The notes: generated by a model not told the origin, from the letters alone. Positions 24,781-34,360 are shown, numbered from the stretch's first letter. The stretch: 64,000 nucleotides of DNA from a virus (IMGVR_UViG_3300044678_002325:1-64000); one strand, 5' to 3'. Translations and numbers: made by a program.

Positions 24781-24828
24781 TTTTGTTATTTGTTTATAAA
24801 TATCACTAAATTATTAAAAAGTTTGGTT

Positions 24829-24880
24829 CGGAATGATTTTTTAAGATATGCTGTCTTTTTTAAGTTGCTGAACTCATTCG
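24829..24880 (-). ncRNA. CWGCAA-motif RNA, copy 3
   Basis: GAATGA-GTTCAGCAA...AAAAA-TCATTC. Confidence 0.65.
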
Positions 24881-24896
24881 TTATAACCTTAATTGT

Positions 24897-24955
24897 CAGG
24901 ATAGTTTTTGTTCAATTTGACTAAATTTGATATTTTAATTTGCTGAATCTATCCT
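24897..24955 (-). ncRNA. CWGCAA-motif RNA, copy 2
   Basis: GGATAG-ATTCAGCAA...AAAAA-CTATCC. Confidence 0.65.
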
Positions 24956-25010
24956 TTGTTCTATATAACGTAAATTTAATTTAAAAGTTTCATTAAGTCA
25001 AGAAAAAATA

Positions 25011-25195
25011 GGAAAAATTGGTTTCAGAATGGGTTTTTGGTTAGTAATTTATTCCCGTGCGATTAGGAAAGTGAGACTAACCCCCCTCCTTATCAGAGGG
25101 TGACAGGGTTTGAACCTGTCCTCGTATCCATTGTGATAGTAATTGATTTGTTGTGTTAACTTTGCAGTAATCATTCCTTTTAAACCAATTTTTCC
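25011..25195 (-). ncRNA. CWGCAA-motif RNA, copy 1, with tRNA-like module (Y-RNA/YrlA-like)
   Basis: 14-bp closing stem GGAAAAATTGGTTT/AAACCAATTTTTCC; T arm ACAGG-TTCAAAC-CCTGT followed by two hairpins. Confidence 0.65.
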
Positions 25196-25202
25196 ATTTT
25201 TT

Positions 25203-26609
25203 TTAAACTTCTATCATCTTGTATCTTTCGGACTCAATGGTTTCGGTCATAATTAATATTGGTGATAGTTCTTTTCCACCAAGAATTGACTTCAAGATTG
25301 ATGGACTAAAACCAGATATTAACGCTGTACCACTTTCATCAAAACGAACAGGGAAGTTATCTCCTCTCGATTGTATGTTCCAAAAGATAATACCAGGTAG
25401 TTGATATCCACTATTCTCATATTCTTCACGAATCATTTGAATTGCGGAATTATTACGACCAGTTGCTTGATTAAATTCCATATCTGATAAGATAAGGATT
25501 TTAGTCGGCATCTCACTTTGAGGTACATTGTGTTTAATTGATTGGTTTAGAATCAATTTGAACACAGACTCCAAGTTTGTACTCATACCCCAATCGGCAG
25601 CACGTAGTTGTGTGTATCTATCATATAGATTACCACTCAACTTTTGTAATTGTGGTCTCTCAGAGAATGTTATGAAAGAGTCTTTAAAAGAACCTTCATT
25701 TCTTTCTGAAATATACAATCCCAATGATACTGCAACATCCATACAAGTTAGATTATTGTTTTTTCCTGCAGAACCACTAACCATTGAACCTGATACATCA
25801 ACTACTGGTAAAATTCTTTCAGTACTTCCTTCCATAAAGTTGGGGAGAGCTTTCCATTGTTCTATTGCCAAATCTTTGACACCTTGTTCCAAAGTTTTAA
25901 CAACATCATATGGATATACAGCCCCAGCATTTACTTTGGTCTCACCTTTTTTCAATGATTCCAAGTATTCTCCAAAACCAGTTAAATTGTGTTTAGAGAA
26001 TGCTTTGGTGTATCGAGCCATAGCCAAAGATGGTACTTTTGAGTATTCAATATTTGTCCACTCGTTAGCACACATCTTTTGCTCGACCGTTTTGGAAAGA
26101 ACAACCAAAGTTTTACGTAATGATTTTGGTGTAAGACCCATAACCTTCCTGATTGAGTTAAAAATAACTCCTTTTCTTGGCATCCACTTTGCACATAGTC
26201 CATTTTTGGCTTCTAAACCTTGTACTATTGTGTCAATCGCATCGTCATTCACTTTTGTGTTGAATAGGACTGTAAGATCGTCCCAACGACCGAATTCAGG
26301 GATGAATTTAATATTCTTTGCCAATACTTTTGGGGCCACCTCTGCTAAGAGTTGGATTATATCACGGAATATTTGTCTTTCACCAGCACCACCACGAACA
26401 TCTCTTGCCCAAAATAATATACGCAATGCAGTTTTAGGACTCTCAATGAAAGCCTTTGAGAATAGACTTAACAATCTTTCTTTGTCTTGTCCTCTCATTG
26501 CTCCAATGGTGAAGAATAGATTCACACACTCGTTAAGAGTTGATGAATTTGTAACCATACCATTTTCAGTTAAGGTATCTTCTGTCTGTAATGCGTCTAA
26601 GAAGTTCAT
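25203..26609 (-). CDS. Ro60/TROVE-like protein with C-terminal vWA domain (DUF2828 family)
   Basis: TENG, ARDVRGGAGER, FGRWDDL, AKWMPR; vWA MIDAS VDVSGSM, ILSDMEF, IFWN. Confidence 0.85.
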   Translation of the reverse strand: MNFLDALQTEDTLTENGMVTNSSTLNECVNLFFTIGAMRGQDKERLLSLFSKAFIESPKTALRILFWARDVRGGAGERQIFRDIIQLLAEVAPKVLAKNIKFIPEFGRWDDLTVLFNTKVNDDAIDTIVQGLEAKNGLCAKWMPRKGVIFNSIRKVMGLTPKSLRKTLVVLSKTVEQKMCANEWTNIEYSKVPSLAMARYTKAFSKHNLTGFGEYLESLKKGETKVNAGAVYPYDVVKTLEQGVKDLAIEQWKALPNFMEGSTERILPVVDVSGSMVSGSAGKNNNLTCMDVAVSLGLYISERNEGSFKDSFITFSERPQLQKLSGNLYDRYTQLRAADWGMSTNLESVFKLILNQSIKHNVPQSEMPTKILILSDMEFNQATGRNNSAIQMIREEYENSGYQLPGIIFWNIQSRGDNFPVRFDESGTALISGFSPSILKSILGGKELSPILIMTETIESERYKMIEV

Positions 26610-26674
26610 AATATTCTGTTTTTGAATTTGTTTTGAAAGTATATGATTAATACTTTGGTTTGTCAAGTGAAATT

Positions 26675-26866
26675 TTAAATATTTGTTTTAAATTTTTCAT
26701 TCAAAATATCAAAAAGTTTATTGATATTGTCAATTTCTTTTTGATAAAAATTTTTGACCTCCTCGTGTTGTGATTTGTTCATCTCATCAATAAAATGATT
26801 TCTTAACATCATAGAATGAGACGTTAATAATACAAATTCATCTTGGTTTAACTTTAAATTTTTCAT
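26675..26866 (-). CDS. Hypothetical protein
   Basis: ORF track. Confidence 0.5.
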   Translation of the reverse strand: MKNLKLNQDEFVLLTSHSMMLRNHFIDEMNKSQHEEVKNFYQKEIDNINKLFDILNEKFKTNI

Positions 26867-27237
26867 TTTAAATCTTGTATTTGAATTAAATAATTTGTTA
26901 CTTCTTCTGGTTTTAGATATCCAAGAACATCACTAGTAATTGGGGTATCATAAGTTAATTTTCCATCATTATCAAGTATGGCCAATTCATATAAACCTAT
27001 ATGACCACCATATGAATGTGTAGTACGAATTACTGAAGCACCATACCCATTTTCAAACATAATTTTACCAGCAACACCTGCCCAATTAGGCTGGAAATCA
27101 ATATCCTCAAATGTTTTGTAATGTAAATCACAAAGTTCAATTAATTTATTGACACTAAGTCCAAATTGTTCTGATGTGTTGATTAAACCATCAGTTTCAA
27201 TGTTTGATTTTATGGCATCAAGTGTTTTCTGTTTCAT
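26863..27237 (-). CDS. Conserved phage hypothetical protein
   Basis: FENGYGASVI...SYGG..GLYELAIL...DVLGYL motif. Confidence 0.7.
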   Translation of the reverse strand: MKQKTLDAIKSNIETDGLINTSEQFGLSVNKLIELCDLHYKTFEDIDFQPNWAGVAGKIMFENGYGASVIRTTHSYGGHIGLYELAILDNDGKLTYDTPITSDVLGYLKPEEVTNYLIQIQDLK

Positions 27238-27288
27238 TGGGATTAATTTTACACAAAAATATGGTTTAAGATTTAAACAAACAAATTT

Positions 27289-27897
27289 TTAATCATAAAA
27301 ATTAAGTTGTCTTTTACAATTGTTACAAAAAGTACCTGTTTCGTATTCATCATTATTGATTGCCATAATACAACTCAAATTACTACAATGACTTAATCCT
27401 AAAGTATGACCAATTTCGTGAATTAATGTTTCTCTTAGGGTTGATTTATCGCCTTTAACAAATACAGTACCACCAGTTTTTGCAGCATATCCTTTAATGT
27501 GTATACCTTTAGCCCACATTCTCTTATCGAGAACATAAACAATTCTATCTTGAGAATAAAATTTATTTAGACAAGTTTCGGCATTAACTATATCACTACC
27601 TGAGATAAATAAATCACTAGTCAATTCAGTCTTACGACCAATGTAAGCTTTCCAACCATAAAAACTCTCAATAACATTAACAGCATCTGTCAAGTCACTA
27701 TAATCAACATCACCTAAAGGTTTTACCAAAACAGTACATTTTGGAAAATACATTTTCTCATTATGAGTACAAGTAGATTTGTGAGAACAATTATGGGTTT
27801 CCACATCAGTTTCACCTTGTGGAGTATAGTTTGGTTTACAACCAAAAATAAAAGATACAACAATAAGTACGATTGAAAGTTTGATAGAGTTTTTCAT
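27289..27897 (-). CDS. Archaemetzincin-like (M54) zinc metalloprotease, lipoprotein
   Basis: HEIGHTLGLSHC...CIM...FCNNC; lipobox FIFG-C. Confidence 0.85.
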   Translation of the reverse strand: MKNSIKLSIVLIVVSFIFGCKPNYTPQGETDVETHNCSHKSTCTHNEKMYFPKCTVLVKPLGDVDYSDLTDAVNVIESFYGWKAYIGRKTELTSDLFISGSDIVNAETCLNKFYSQDRIVYVLDKRMWAKGIHIKGYAAKTGGTVFVKGDKSTLRETLIHEIGHTLGLSHCSNLSCIMAINNDEYETGTFCNNCKRQLNFYD

Positions 27898-27966
27898 ATT
27901 TGTTTATTTTTTTGATGTTACAAATATAAGAACTACTATTGACTAAACAAAGTTCCAAAGAATGAA

Positions 27967-29649
27967 TTATTTTTTCTTAATACTCATTTTTGCCAAATTA
28001 TGTCGTTGTGAGTTCTTATTGTCATTAACAACGTTTCTTGATACTGGTTTATTTTGTGGAGTTTGTGGTTTTTGATTTGGTTGTACTTTTTGTTCTGGTT
28101 TCTTCCCTAATATTTCATTGATTTTACCATAATCAATTGTTTTGGGATGAATTAATATTGTTTGGGAAATATCTTTTTTTGGGGTTATTTCAATGGTTGT
28201 CTCAGTATTGTGTATTTTATTAGTGTAAACATCATAAAAGGTGGCGGTCACTAATTCTTGTAGTGGATTAAAATTACTTTTACGTTTACTCATTGAGTAA
28301 TATTTATTTCTTAATGGTGATGATAATCCAGTATCTTTTCTTTGGGTTAAACTATTCGAATGAACTCTCCTATAAAATACAACATCAGTTGTATAACTGA
28401 ATTTCTTATTGTTTTTATATAGTCTGACCATAAAATCTGAATCTGCGGCAATTGGCCAAGGTTCAAATCCATTCATTGATAAAAATAAATCCTTTTTGAT
28501 TGCGAAGACACCTTCACCATATGTGTTTGATTTGTTAATGTTATAATTTGGTGTATTTGTAAAATCAGAATACATTGGTTTGACAAAATCGTTTGAACTC
28601 ATTCTTCCTAATATATCTGAAATCATATTTTCTTTCATTATATCATCTGAATCAAAGAAAAGTAATATATCTGAATTGGATATTTTGGCTAATGAGTTTC
28701 TAACAATATATGGTCCATTATTTTTGTCAAAATAAAAAAATCTTATGTTTTCATTGTGTTTGTTTTTCTTAACATATTCTAATGTTTCCTCACATCCATC
28801 AATCCCTACCAAGATTTCACAATCAGAGTACCCTCTAATACTATTTAAACACTCAGATAACATTGTTGGGTTTTTGAACGTGGGGACAATGATGGATATT
28901 TTTGGTCTAACAAAATACTCTAACAAAAATGAGTCATCATTCGCATAAAGAATAAAGTCAGAGATTACTAAATCATCTAAAGGACCAAAATTATTATTAC
29001 TTTGTTTTTTATGTTTTTTATCGTGATAGTATTTTCGTATTGGCGAATTCATACCAGTATTAGGGTTTGATGTTAAGCTTTCGGTATGTTTCCTATAATA
29101 TAAACCAACACTATCCAATGTTTTAACTCTAATCTTGTTCGCAGTAACTCTCCAAAAAAATTCACCATCCGCAGCACAGTCCCAAGGTTCAAAACCATTT
29201 AATGACATAAATACCTTTTTATTGATACCAAAAGTGCCAACATGATAATGATTGGCCGGAGCATTGTTAATATAATTTACATAATTATCTCTAAATGTAA
29301 TATAACGATACCTTACATATTCATAATTGTCTAATGCGTTTACAACATTAGAAGCTAAGGTTGATGTCATAACATCATCGGAATCAAAAAATAATAACTT
29401 TTCGTAAGTGGAGTTTTTAACCAAAGTATTTCTGATTATATATGTACCTACTTTTTTGGTAAAAAATAATATTTTTACTTTATCAGATAATTGATTTTTA
29501 ATTGATATTAAGAATTTCATTGTCTCAATACAATTATCAATTCCAATCAGTATTTCATATTCCAAATCGCCACAAGAATTTATGATTGATTCTAATGTTT
29601 CTTTGATATATGATGTATTTTTGTAAGCGGTTACTATTATTGAAATCAT
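27967..29649 (-). CDS. Tandem GT2 glycosyltransferase
   Basis: Two ISIIV...RN...FFDSDD...GFEPW..AAD repeats. Confidence 0.88.
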   Translation of the reverse strand: MISIIVTAYKNTSYIKETLESIINSCGDLEYEILIGIDNCIETMKFLISIKNQLSDKVKILFFTKKVGTYIIRNTLVKNSTYEKLLFFDSDDVMTSTLASNVVNALDNYEYVRYRYITFRDNYVNYINNAPANHYHVGTFGINKKVFMSLNGFEPWDCAADGEFFWRVTANKIRVKTLDSVGLYYRKHTESLTSNPNTGMNSPIRKYYHDKKHKKQSNNNFGPLDDLVISDFILYANDDSFLLEYFVRPKISIIVPTFKNPTMLSECLNSIRGYSDCEILVGIDGCEETLEYVKKNKHNENIRFFYFDKNNGPYIVRNSLAKISNSDILLFFDSDDIMKENMISDILGRMSSNDFVKPMYSDFTNTPNYNINKSNTYGEGVFAIKKDLFLSMNGFEPWPIAADSDFMVRLYKNNKKFSYTTDVVFYRRVHSNSLTQRKDTGLSSPLRNKYYSMSKRKSNFNPLQELVTATFYDVYTNKIHNTETTIEITPKKDISQTILIHPKTIDYGKINEILGKKPEQKVQPNQKPQTPQNKPVSRNVVNDNKNSQRHNLAKMSIKKK

Positions 29650-29651
29650 AA

Positions 29652-30329
29652 TTATTGTTTAATAAGAATATCATTTGGATTTAATTTTGAGATTGTATTA
29701 TTATTATGAATACATAATTTTACGTAACCTCTAGGTATATAGATAATATTCCCACTTAGTCTTTTTAAGTGGTCGTGCATTACATCAAAAATACCATGTT
29801 TTGTTTCTTTTTGAATTAAAGTACTAAACATTGAACAAACTTTAGAATAATCTCTACTATGAGTATATTCTTTTTTTGTATTTACAACATATTTTGTTGG
29901 GTGGAAGTTTAAAATAAAATTATCATATTTATTAATATTTTCATAATATAATTTATGGATATGTTCTATGTAATTTGGCATCATAATGTCATCACAATCG
30001 TGTCTTGTTTGGATTGTTATATTGTTTTTAATGACATATTCTTTATAATCTTTAATAACATCAGTAAAAGGTAATAAATCAATTTTTGGATTTATTTCAT
30101 AATCTTTATAGATTTCGTTATTGTCAGTAAATTTAAGAACATTAATATTTTTATTAATTTCATTTTTTATTATATCAAAATGTTTTGGATTAACAATTAA
30201 TGCGATTGTGAAATCTTTGTTTGTTTGACTATTTATTGATGGGATATAAGTTTCCTTCATTATTTCAAAATATTTTTGGAAATCCTCATCTTTACCAAAC
30301 TTACATCTTGTTACTATTATATGTTTCAT
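29652..30329 (-). CDS. Putative glycosyltransferase (rhamnosyltransferase-like)
   Basis: PSINSQTNKDF, TRHDCDD. Confidence 0.65.
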   Translation of the reverse strand: MKHIIVTRCKFGKDEDFQKYFEIMKETYIPSINSQTNKDFTIALIVNPKHFDIIKNEINKNINVLKFTDNNEIYKDYEINPKIDLLPFTDVIKDYKEYVIKNNITIQTRHDCDDIMMPNYIEHIHKLYYENINKYDNFILNFHPTKYVVNTKKEYTHSRDYSKVCSMFSTLIQKETKHGIFDVMHDHLKRLSGNIIYIPRGYVKLCIHNNNTISKLNPNDILIKQ

Positions 30330-30355
30330 AATTTTTTTATCTATAAATACTATCT

Positions 30356-31009
30356 ATGAAAATTTACGGTGTTTATTTCGCGGCATTAATTAATCAATGG
30401 GATTTGATTATTCAAGAACAATTAAATAATTTTTTTAATTCTGAATTATTTAATAAAACTGATAAATTTTTTATAAGAATTTATTATACTAATGAAAATG
30501 AATTAAAAAAATTTAAATCATTATTAATAAATAACAATAAAATAATAATTACAGAAACAAATATAAATGAATATGAGTTTGGTGCTTTAAAAATTTTAGA
30601 GAATTTAAGTAAAACTGATGATTTTTATTGTTATTATTTCCACTCAAAAGGGGTAAGTAAATTATCAAACAATTTTCTTACCAAGAATATAAAATCTTGG
30701 CGAGAATATATGGAATATTTTATGATTGATAAATATGATATATGTTTAAATGAATTAAACTTGGGTTGGGACGCTGTTGGTGTAAAATTAAGAAAAACAC
30801 CAAATACAAAATTTAATCATTTTTCTGGTAATTTTTGGTGGACAAAAAGTAAATTTATTAATACATTACCAAGTATTGATAGTTTAGATTTAACAAAAAG
30901 ACATAATGCAGAATTTTGGATTGGATATACAAATGGTAAATTGAAATGCATACATAACTCCACAGAAGCTGGCTATCAAAAAATTATTACAGAAAATTAC
31001 AAAATTTAA
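30356..31009 (+). CDS. Glycosyltransferase-associated protein
   Basis: YFHSKG, WREYM, HFSGNFWW, AEFWIG. Confidence 0.6.
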   Translation: MKIYGVYFAALINQWDLIIQEQLNNFFNSELFNKTDKFFIRIYYTNENELKKFKSLLINNNKIIITETNINEYEFGALKILENLSKTDDFYCYYFHSKGVSKLSNNFLTKNIKSWREYMEYFMIDKYDICLNELNLGWDAVGVKLRKTPNTKFNHFSGNFWWTKSKFINTLPSIDSLDLTKRHNAEFWIGYTNGKLKCIHNSTEAGYQKIITENYKI

Positions 31010-31020
31010 AATAAGTTAAA

Positions 31021-31512
31021 ATGCAAAAAGTATTAGTATTAAACGCTGACTTCACCCCTATAAATATAACTAGTGTTTATAAGGGATTTACTTTGGTCAA
31101 CAAAGGAAAGGCTGAAGTAATAAAAGCAAGTGAGAATCCAATTGTCTCAGGTATGAAGGAATTTGTACGTCCATTGATAATCCGTTTATTAAATTTTGTT
31201 AAGTTCAGAATCAATAAATTAAGAATCAATAGACAAAGAATTTATAAAAGAGACAACAATGAATGTACATATTGTGGTAGTAAGAAAAATCTTACTATTG
31301 ACCACATTATACCCAAATCAAGAGGAGGACAAAACACTTGGATGAATCTAGTAACTTGTTGTTCAAGTTGCAACAGATTGAAAGGTGATAAGACTCCAGA
31401 AGAAGCTAATATGAAATTAAATACTAGACCTTACGAACCAACAATATTCTCAGAAATATTGAATTCATCAGTTGGACAAGTTTGGAATGAATTCAAAAAC
31501 GATATCTACTAA
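31021..31512 (+). CDS. HNH endonuclease
   Basis: RDNNECTYCG...TIDHIIPKSRGG..W.NLVTCCSSCN. Confidence 0.9.
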   Translation: MQKVLVLNADFTPINITSVYKGFTLVNKGKAEVIKASENPIVSGMKEFVRPLIIRLLNFVKFRINKLRINRQRIYKRDNNECTYCGSKKNLTIDHIIPKSRGGQNTWMNLVTCCSSCNRLKGDKTPEEANMKLNTRPYEPTIFSEILNSSVGQVWNEFKNDIY

Positions 31513-31618
31513 AACACAAAAGGACGTTTTCACGTCCTTTTGGTAGATGTTGGATACCTCCCTTTCTTTTAGTCGAGTTTATCCCATGTAAGCACTACCT
31601 TACAGGTATCTATAAATA

Positions 31619-32362
31619 TCAAATTTTAAATGGAAAATTTGATTCTGGTTTATTAATTTCAGGACTACTAATTTTTGGTAATTCTAGTGTCATATCATCA
31701 GTTTTTGATATAATGTCACTAGTCTTTGTAATTAAATCACTTGCCGTTGATTTTAATCCATTTGGTTTACTTTGTTGTATTAATTTCTCACCAACTTTAT
31801 CCATTTTATTTGTTAATCCACCCCATTTCGGACAAATTACACCTGATAATTTTTTCTGTAAATTTTGAACAAAGTCAGTATCTGCCATAACATCAGTTAA
31901 CGCATTTCTAATTGTTGCAGTTATTGGGTTTTCATATCCTTTTGACGCTAAAAACTTTCTAATCAAACCTTCAACCAAAGATTTTGTAAAAAATGGAACT
32001 GCATAATTACAATCAGTCAATTTAAACATATCACCTATTGGTAGATTACCTATTGAAGTTATAAATATTGAACCTAACAAACTATCTGGTTTTAATTTAA
32101 ATGACTGAAGTAACCATTTTGCTGCGTATTCTTTAAAATATCCAAATAACGCATTTACACCAGTTCCACTTAAAAATTTTTGTGCCATTTCTAATGTTTG
32201 TTCCGAAATAATATCAGAGTTAAATCCTTGATAATTTAGATACACATTTTCCAATAAAATATCATTAAAAAATGAATCTAAATCTTCTCTATTTCTGATT
32301 CGTCTATTCTCAACTAATATCTGTAAGTGTTTTTTGATGACAATGTCCTCTCTAATAATTGT
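31619..32362 (-). CDS. C-terminal extension of the 32314-33783 protein in the -1 frame
   Basis: Frame open from the A10 run at 32362-32371 with no ATG; TAG TGA stops just upstream. Confidence 0.6.
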   Translation of the reverse strand, partial: TIIREDIVIKKHLQILVENRRIRNREDLDSFFNDILLENVYLNYQGFNSDIISEQTLEMAQKFLSGTGVNALFGYFKEYAAKWLLQSFKLKPDSLLGSIFITSIGNLPIGDMFKLTDCNYAVPFFTKSLVEGLIRKFLASKGYENPITATIRNALTDVMADTDFVQNLQKKLSGVICPKWGGLTNKMDKVGEKLIQQSKPNGLKSTASDLITKTSDIISKTDDMTLELPKISSPEINKPESNFPFKI

Positions 32363-33783
32363 TTTTTTTTTAATTTCATCAAATTCTCACTAATAATATT
32401 TTTTAGTAATCTATCTCTTGATTCTTGTTGTACTCTTCCAGCATCAGCGTCACTTTTTTTACGTAATCCATATTGAGTTAAGGCAGCTCCCTTCATATAT
32501 TCATCAGAATATTTAATCTTATATGCGGCTCTTGTTGATGTTGGTGCCATCATCTGATTAATCTTATCTTTTAATTTAGGATATCTTCCCTTGAATGTAG
32601 TTAAACAAGCTTCAACTCTTCTTTTTTCCTCAAGACTTGGGGCTGTTTTTTGTTCATTACTAACCATATCCGTATAATAATCTTCAATGTATTTACGACA
32701 ATTATCTTGAGTCAATGTACCTGCCCTATCACCTGCTCTGCTTATATTTACTTTTCTTGCAATTATATAACCTTTTGGAAATAATTGAGGATATTGGTCT
32801 TTATAGGTAATAAGGTCACCACTATAATATCTAGCATCACTTAAATCAACTTTTTCTAATTCACCACCTCTTTGTTCAGCGGGTGAAAAATCATCAAGTG
32901 GTTTCCATCCACCCCCATCTGGGGTAATTAAATAATCAACAAGTTTTTTTGCGTTTGTACTAAGATTTTTTGTACCTTTAGGTCGATATATTAAAAATGG
33001 AGATGTAAAATTTGTTGCGTAACCTTCATAACCTGCCAATACACCAGTATATGATTCGGGTTTTTGTAAATCAACTCGTTCATATTGACTTAAATCTACA
33101 CCTTCTATTTCACTTGGTTCTAAATACGCATTATCTTTTGCTCTTTTTAAGACGATTTGAGCTTCCTGACCCAAATCTCTTCTACCTTGTTCCATTCCAC
33201 TTGCAGTCCCTCTAGGTTTATAAAGCCAAAAAGTTTTTAATTGAGGCTTGTTTATAATGTCAAGTAATAATTGATTATTACCAATTAATCCTAGTACATC
33301 TTTATCAGTTGCAGGATTTACTAATTGGTAGTTAAACATCTCTTTTGCTGAAACTTCACTCCACTCCTTATAACGCCTATCTTTTAGATAATCAATGATT
33401 TTTTGTTCATCAGGACTTTTTACTGTGTCTGTTGTTGATTTAATTTCATTACATAATGTTGCTTCAACAAATTCTTTTTCAACACCATTACCATCACGAT
33501 AACTTACCCTAAATGAGTTTCCATCTTGGTTAGGGACAATATACATATGTGGGTACTGACTTAAATTAGGATTAGCCGATTGTTTATAAAATGCCTCACC
33601 AAATGAATGTGGATATTCTTTTCTAATTTGTGGAATTTGGTCTTTAGTTGGAGTAAATCCCTTATAGCATCCATTATTGAGTGCTAACTGAAAAAGTTTA
33701 TTTTCATAATTACCAATACCTACAACATTAGTACCTGTTAGCGGATCTTCATATAATAGTCTCCTTAATCTTGTATTTTTCAT
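32314..33783 (-). CDS. Large hypothetical (probable virion) protein with internal repeats
   Basis: ORF track; TATTTATA upstream; ends shortly after the LKKK slippery site. Confidence 0.75.
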   Translation of the reverse strand: MKNTRLRRLLYEDPLTGTNVVGIGNYENKLFQLALNNGCYKGFTPTKDQIPQIRKEYPHSFGEAFYKQSANPNLSQYPHMYIVPNQDGNSFRVSYRDGNGVEKEFVEATLCNEIKSTTDTVKSPDEQKIIDYLKDRRYKEWSEVSAKEMFNYQLVNPATDKDVLGLIGNNQLLLDIINKPQLKTFWLYKPRGTASGMEQGRRDLGQEAQIVLKRAKDNAYLEPSEIEGVDLSQYERVDLQKPESYTGVLAGYEGYATNFTSPFLIYRPKGTKNLSTNAKKLVDYLITPDGGGWKPLDDFSPAEQRGGELEKVDLSDARYYSGDLITYKDQYPQLFPKGYIIARKVNISRAGDRAGTLTQDNCRKYIEDYYTDMVSNEQKTAPSLEEKRRVEACLTTFKGRYPKLKDKINQMMAPTSTRAAYKIKYSDEYMKGAALTQYGLRKKSDADAGRVQQESRDRLLKNIISENLMKLKKKQLLERTLSSKNTYRY

Positions 33784-33816
33784 AGTAAAATTTTTTTTAT
33801 TATAAATATATTGAAG

Positions 33817-34065
33817 TTATAAAAGAGTATTCGCTTTACCTCTAGTAACTTTAACAATATCTTTCCATTTAGTTAATCCAATTTGATTTGCTGGCCCTCT
33901 AGTTGCTCCCGACTCCCATTTTGTTACTGTAGGATAAGCAGGTTTAGACCCCCCACCACTAGTTGCGGCCGCGGCATCTTGTTCATCAAGTTCACCATCA
34001 ATATCTTTTTTGGGTGTATATCTTTTCATCAAGTATATTATTTCATCAATTTGAAAATTTTCCAT
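33817..34065 (-). CDS. Hypothetical protein
   Basis: Repeated KW...TRG.AN motif. Confidence 0.65.
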   Translation of the reverse strand: MENFQIDEIIYLMKRYTPKKDIDGELDEQDAAAATSGGGSKPAYPTVTKWESGATRGPANQIGLTKWKDIVKVTRGKANTLL

Positions 34066-34358
34066 TATAAAAATTCTGGTTTTGGTAATTTATCTGTGAA
34101 TAAAACATAATATTCATTAAGAAATGATAATATTTCATTTTCATCAATAAATAAATCATCATCAATATCCTCATAGTCATCACTTGAATTAAATTCATCT
34201 ATATCCGTATGAAAATTATATCCAAAATCATCAATGTCAATAAATGGGATTTCAGCTTCCCTACACTCTTCTTCACTATCTAAATTAGTTCTAAATGTAA
34301 CTTCTAAAACTTCTTCTAGTCTATTAATATGGAATGTTATTATTTCTATGACTTCCAT
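34065..34358 (-). CDS. Acidic hypothetical protein
   Basis: ORF track. Confidence 0.65.
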   Translation of the reverse strand: MEVIEIITFHINRLEEVLEVTFRTNLDSEEECREAEIPFIDIDDFGYNFHTDIDEFNSSDDYEDIDDDLFIDENEILSFLNEYYVLFTDKLPKPEFL

Positions 34359-34360
34359 TT

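Noticed and set aside
25528-26625. 365-aa + strand ORF
   Set aside because: Antisense shadow of the DUF2828 gene with no recognisable motifs.
31021-31512. HNH as an intron-encoded homing endonuclease or mobile element
   Set aside because: Free-standing, resembles the common bacterial VLVLNA-type HNH family; no interrupted gene or intron core seen.
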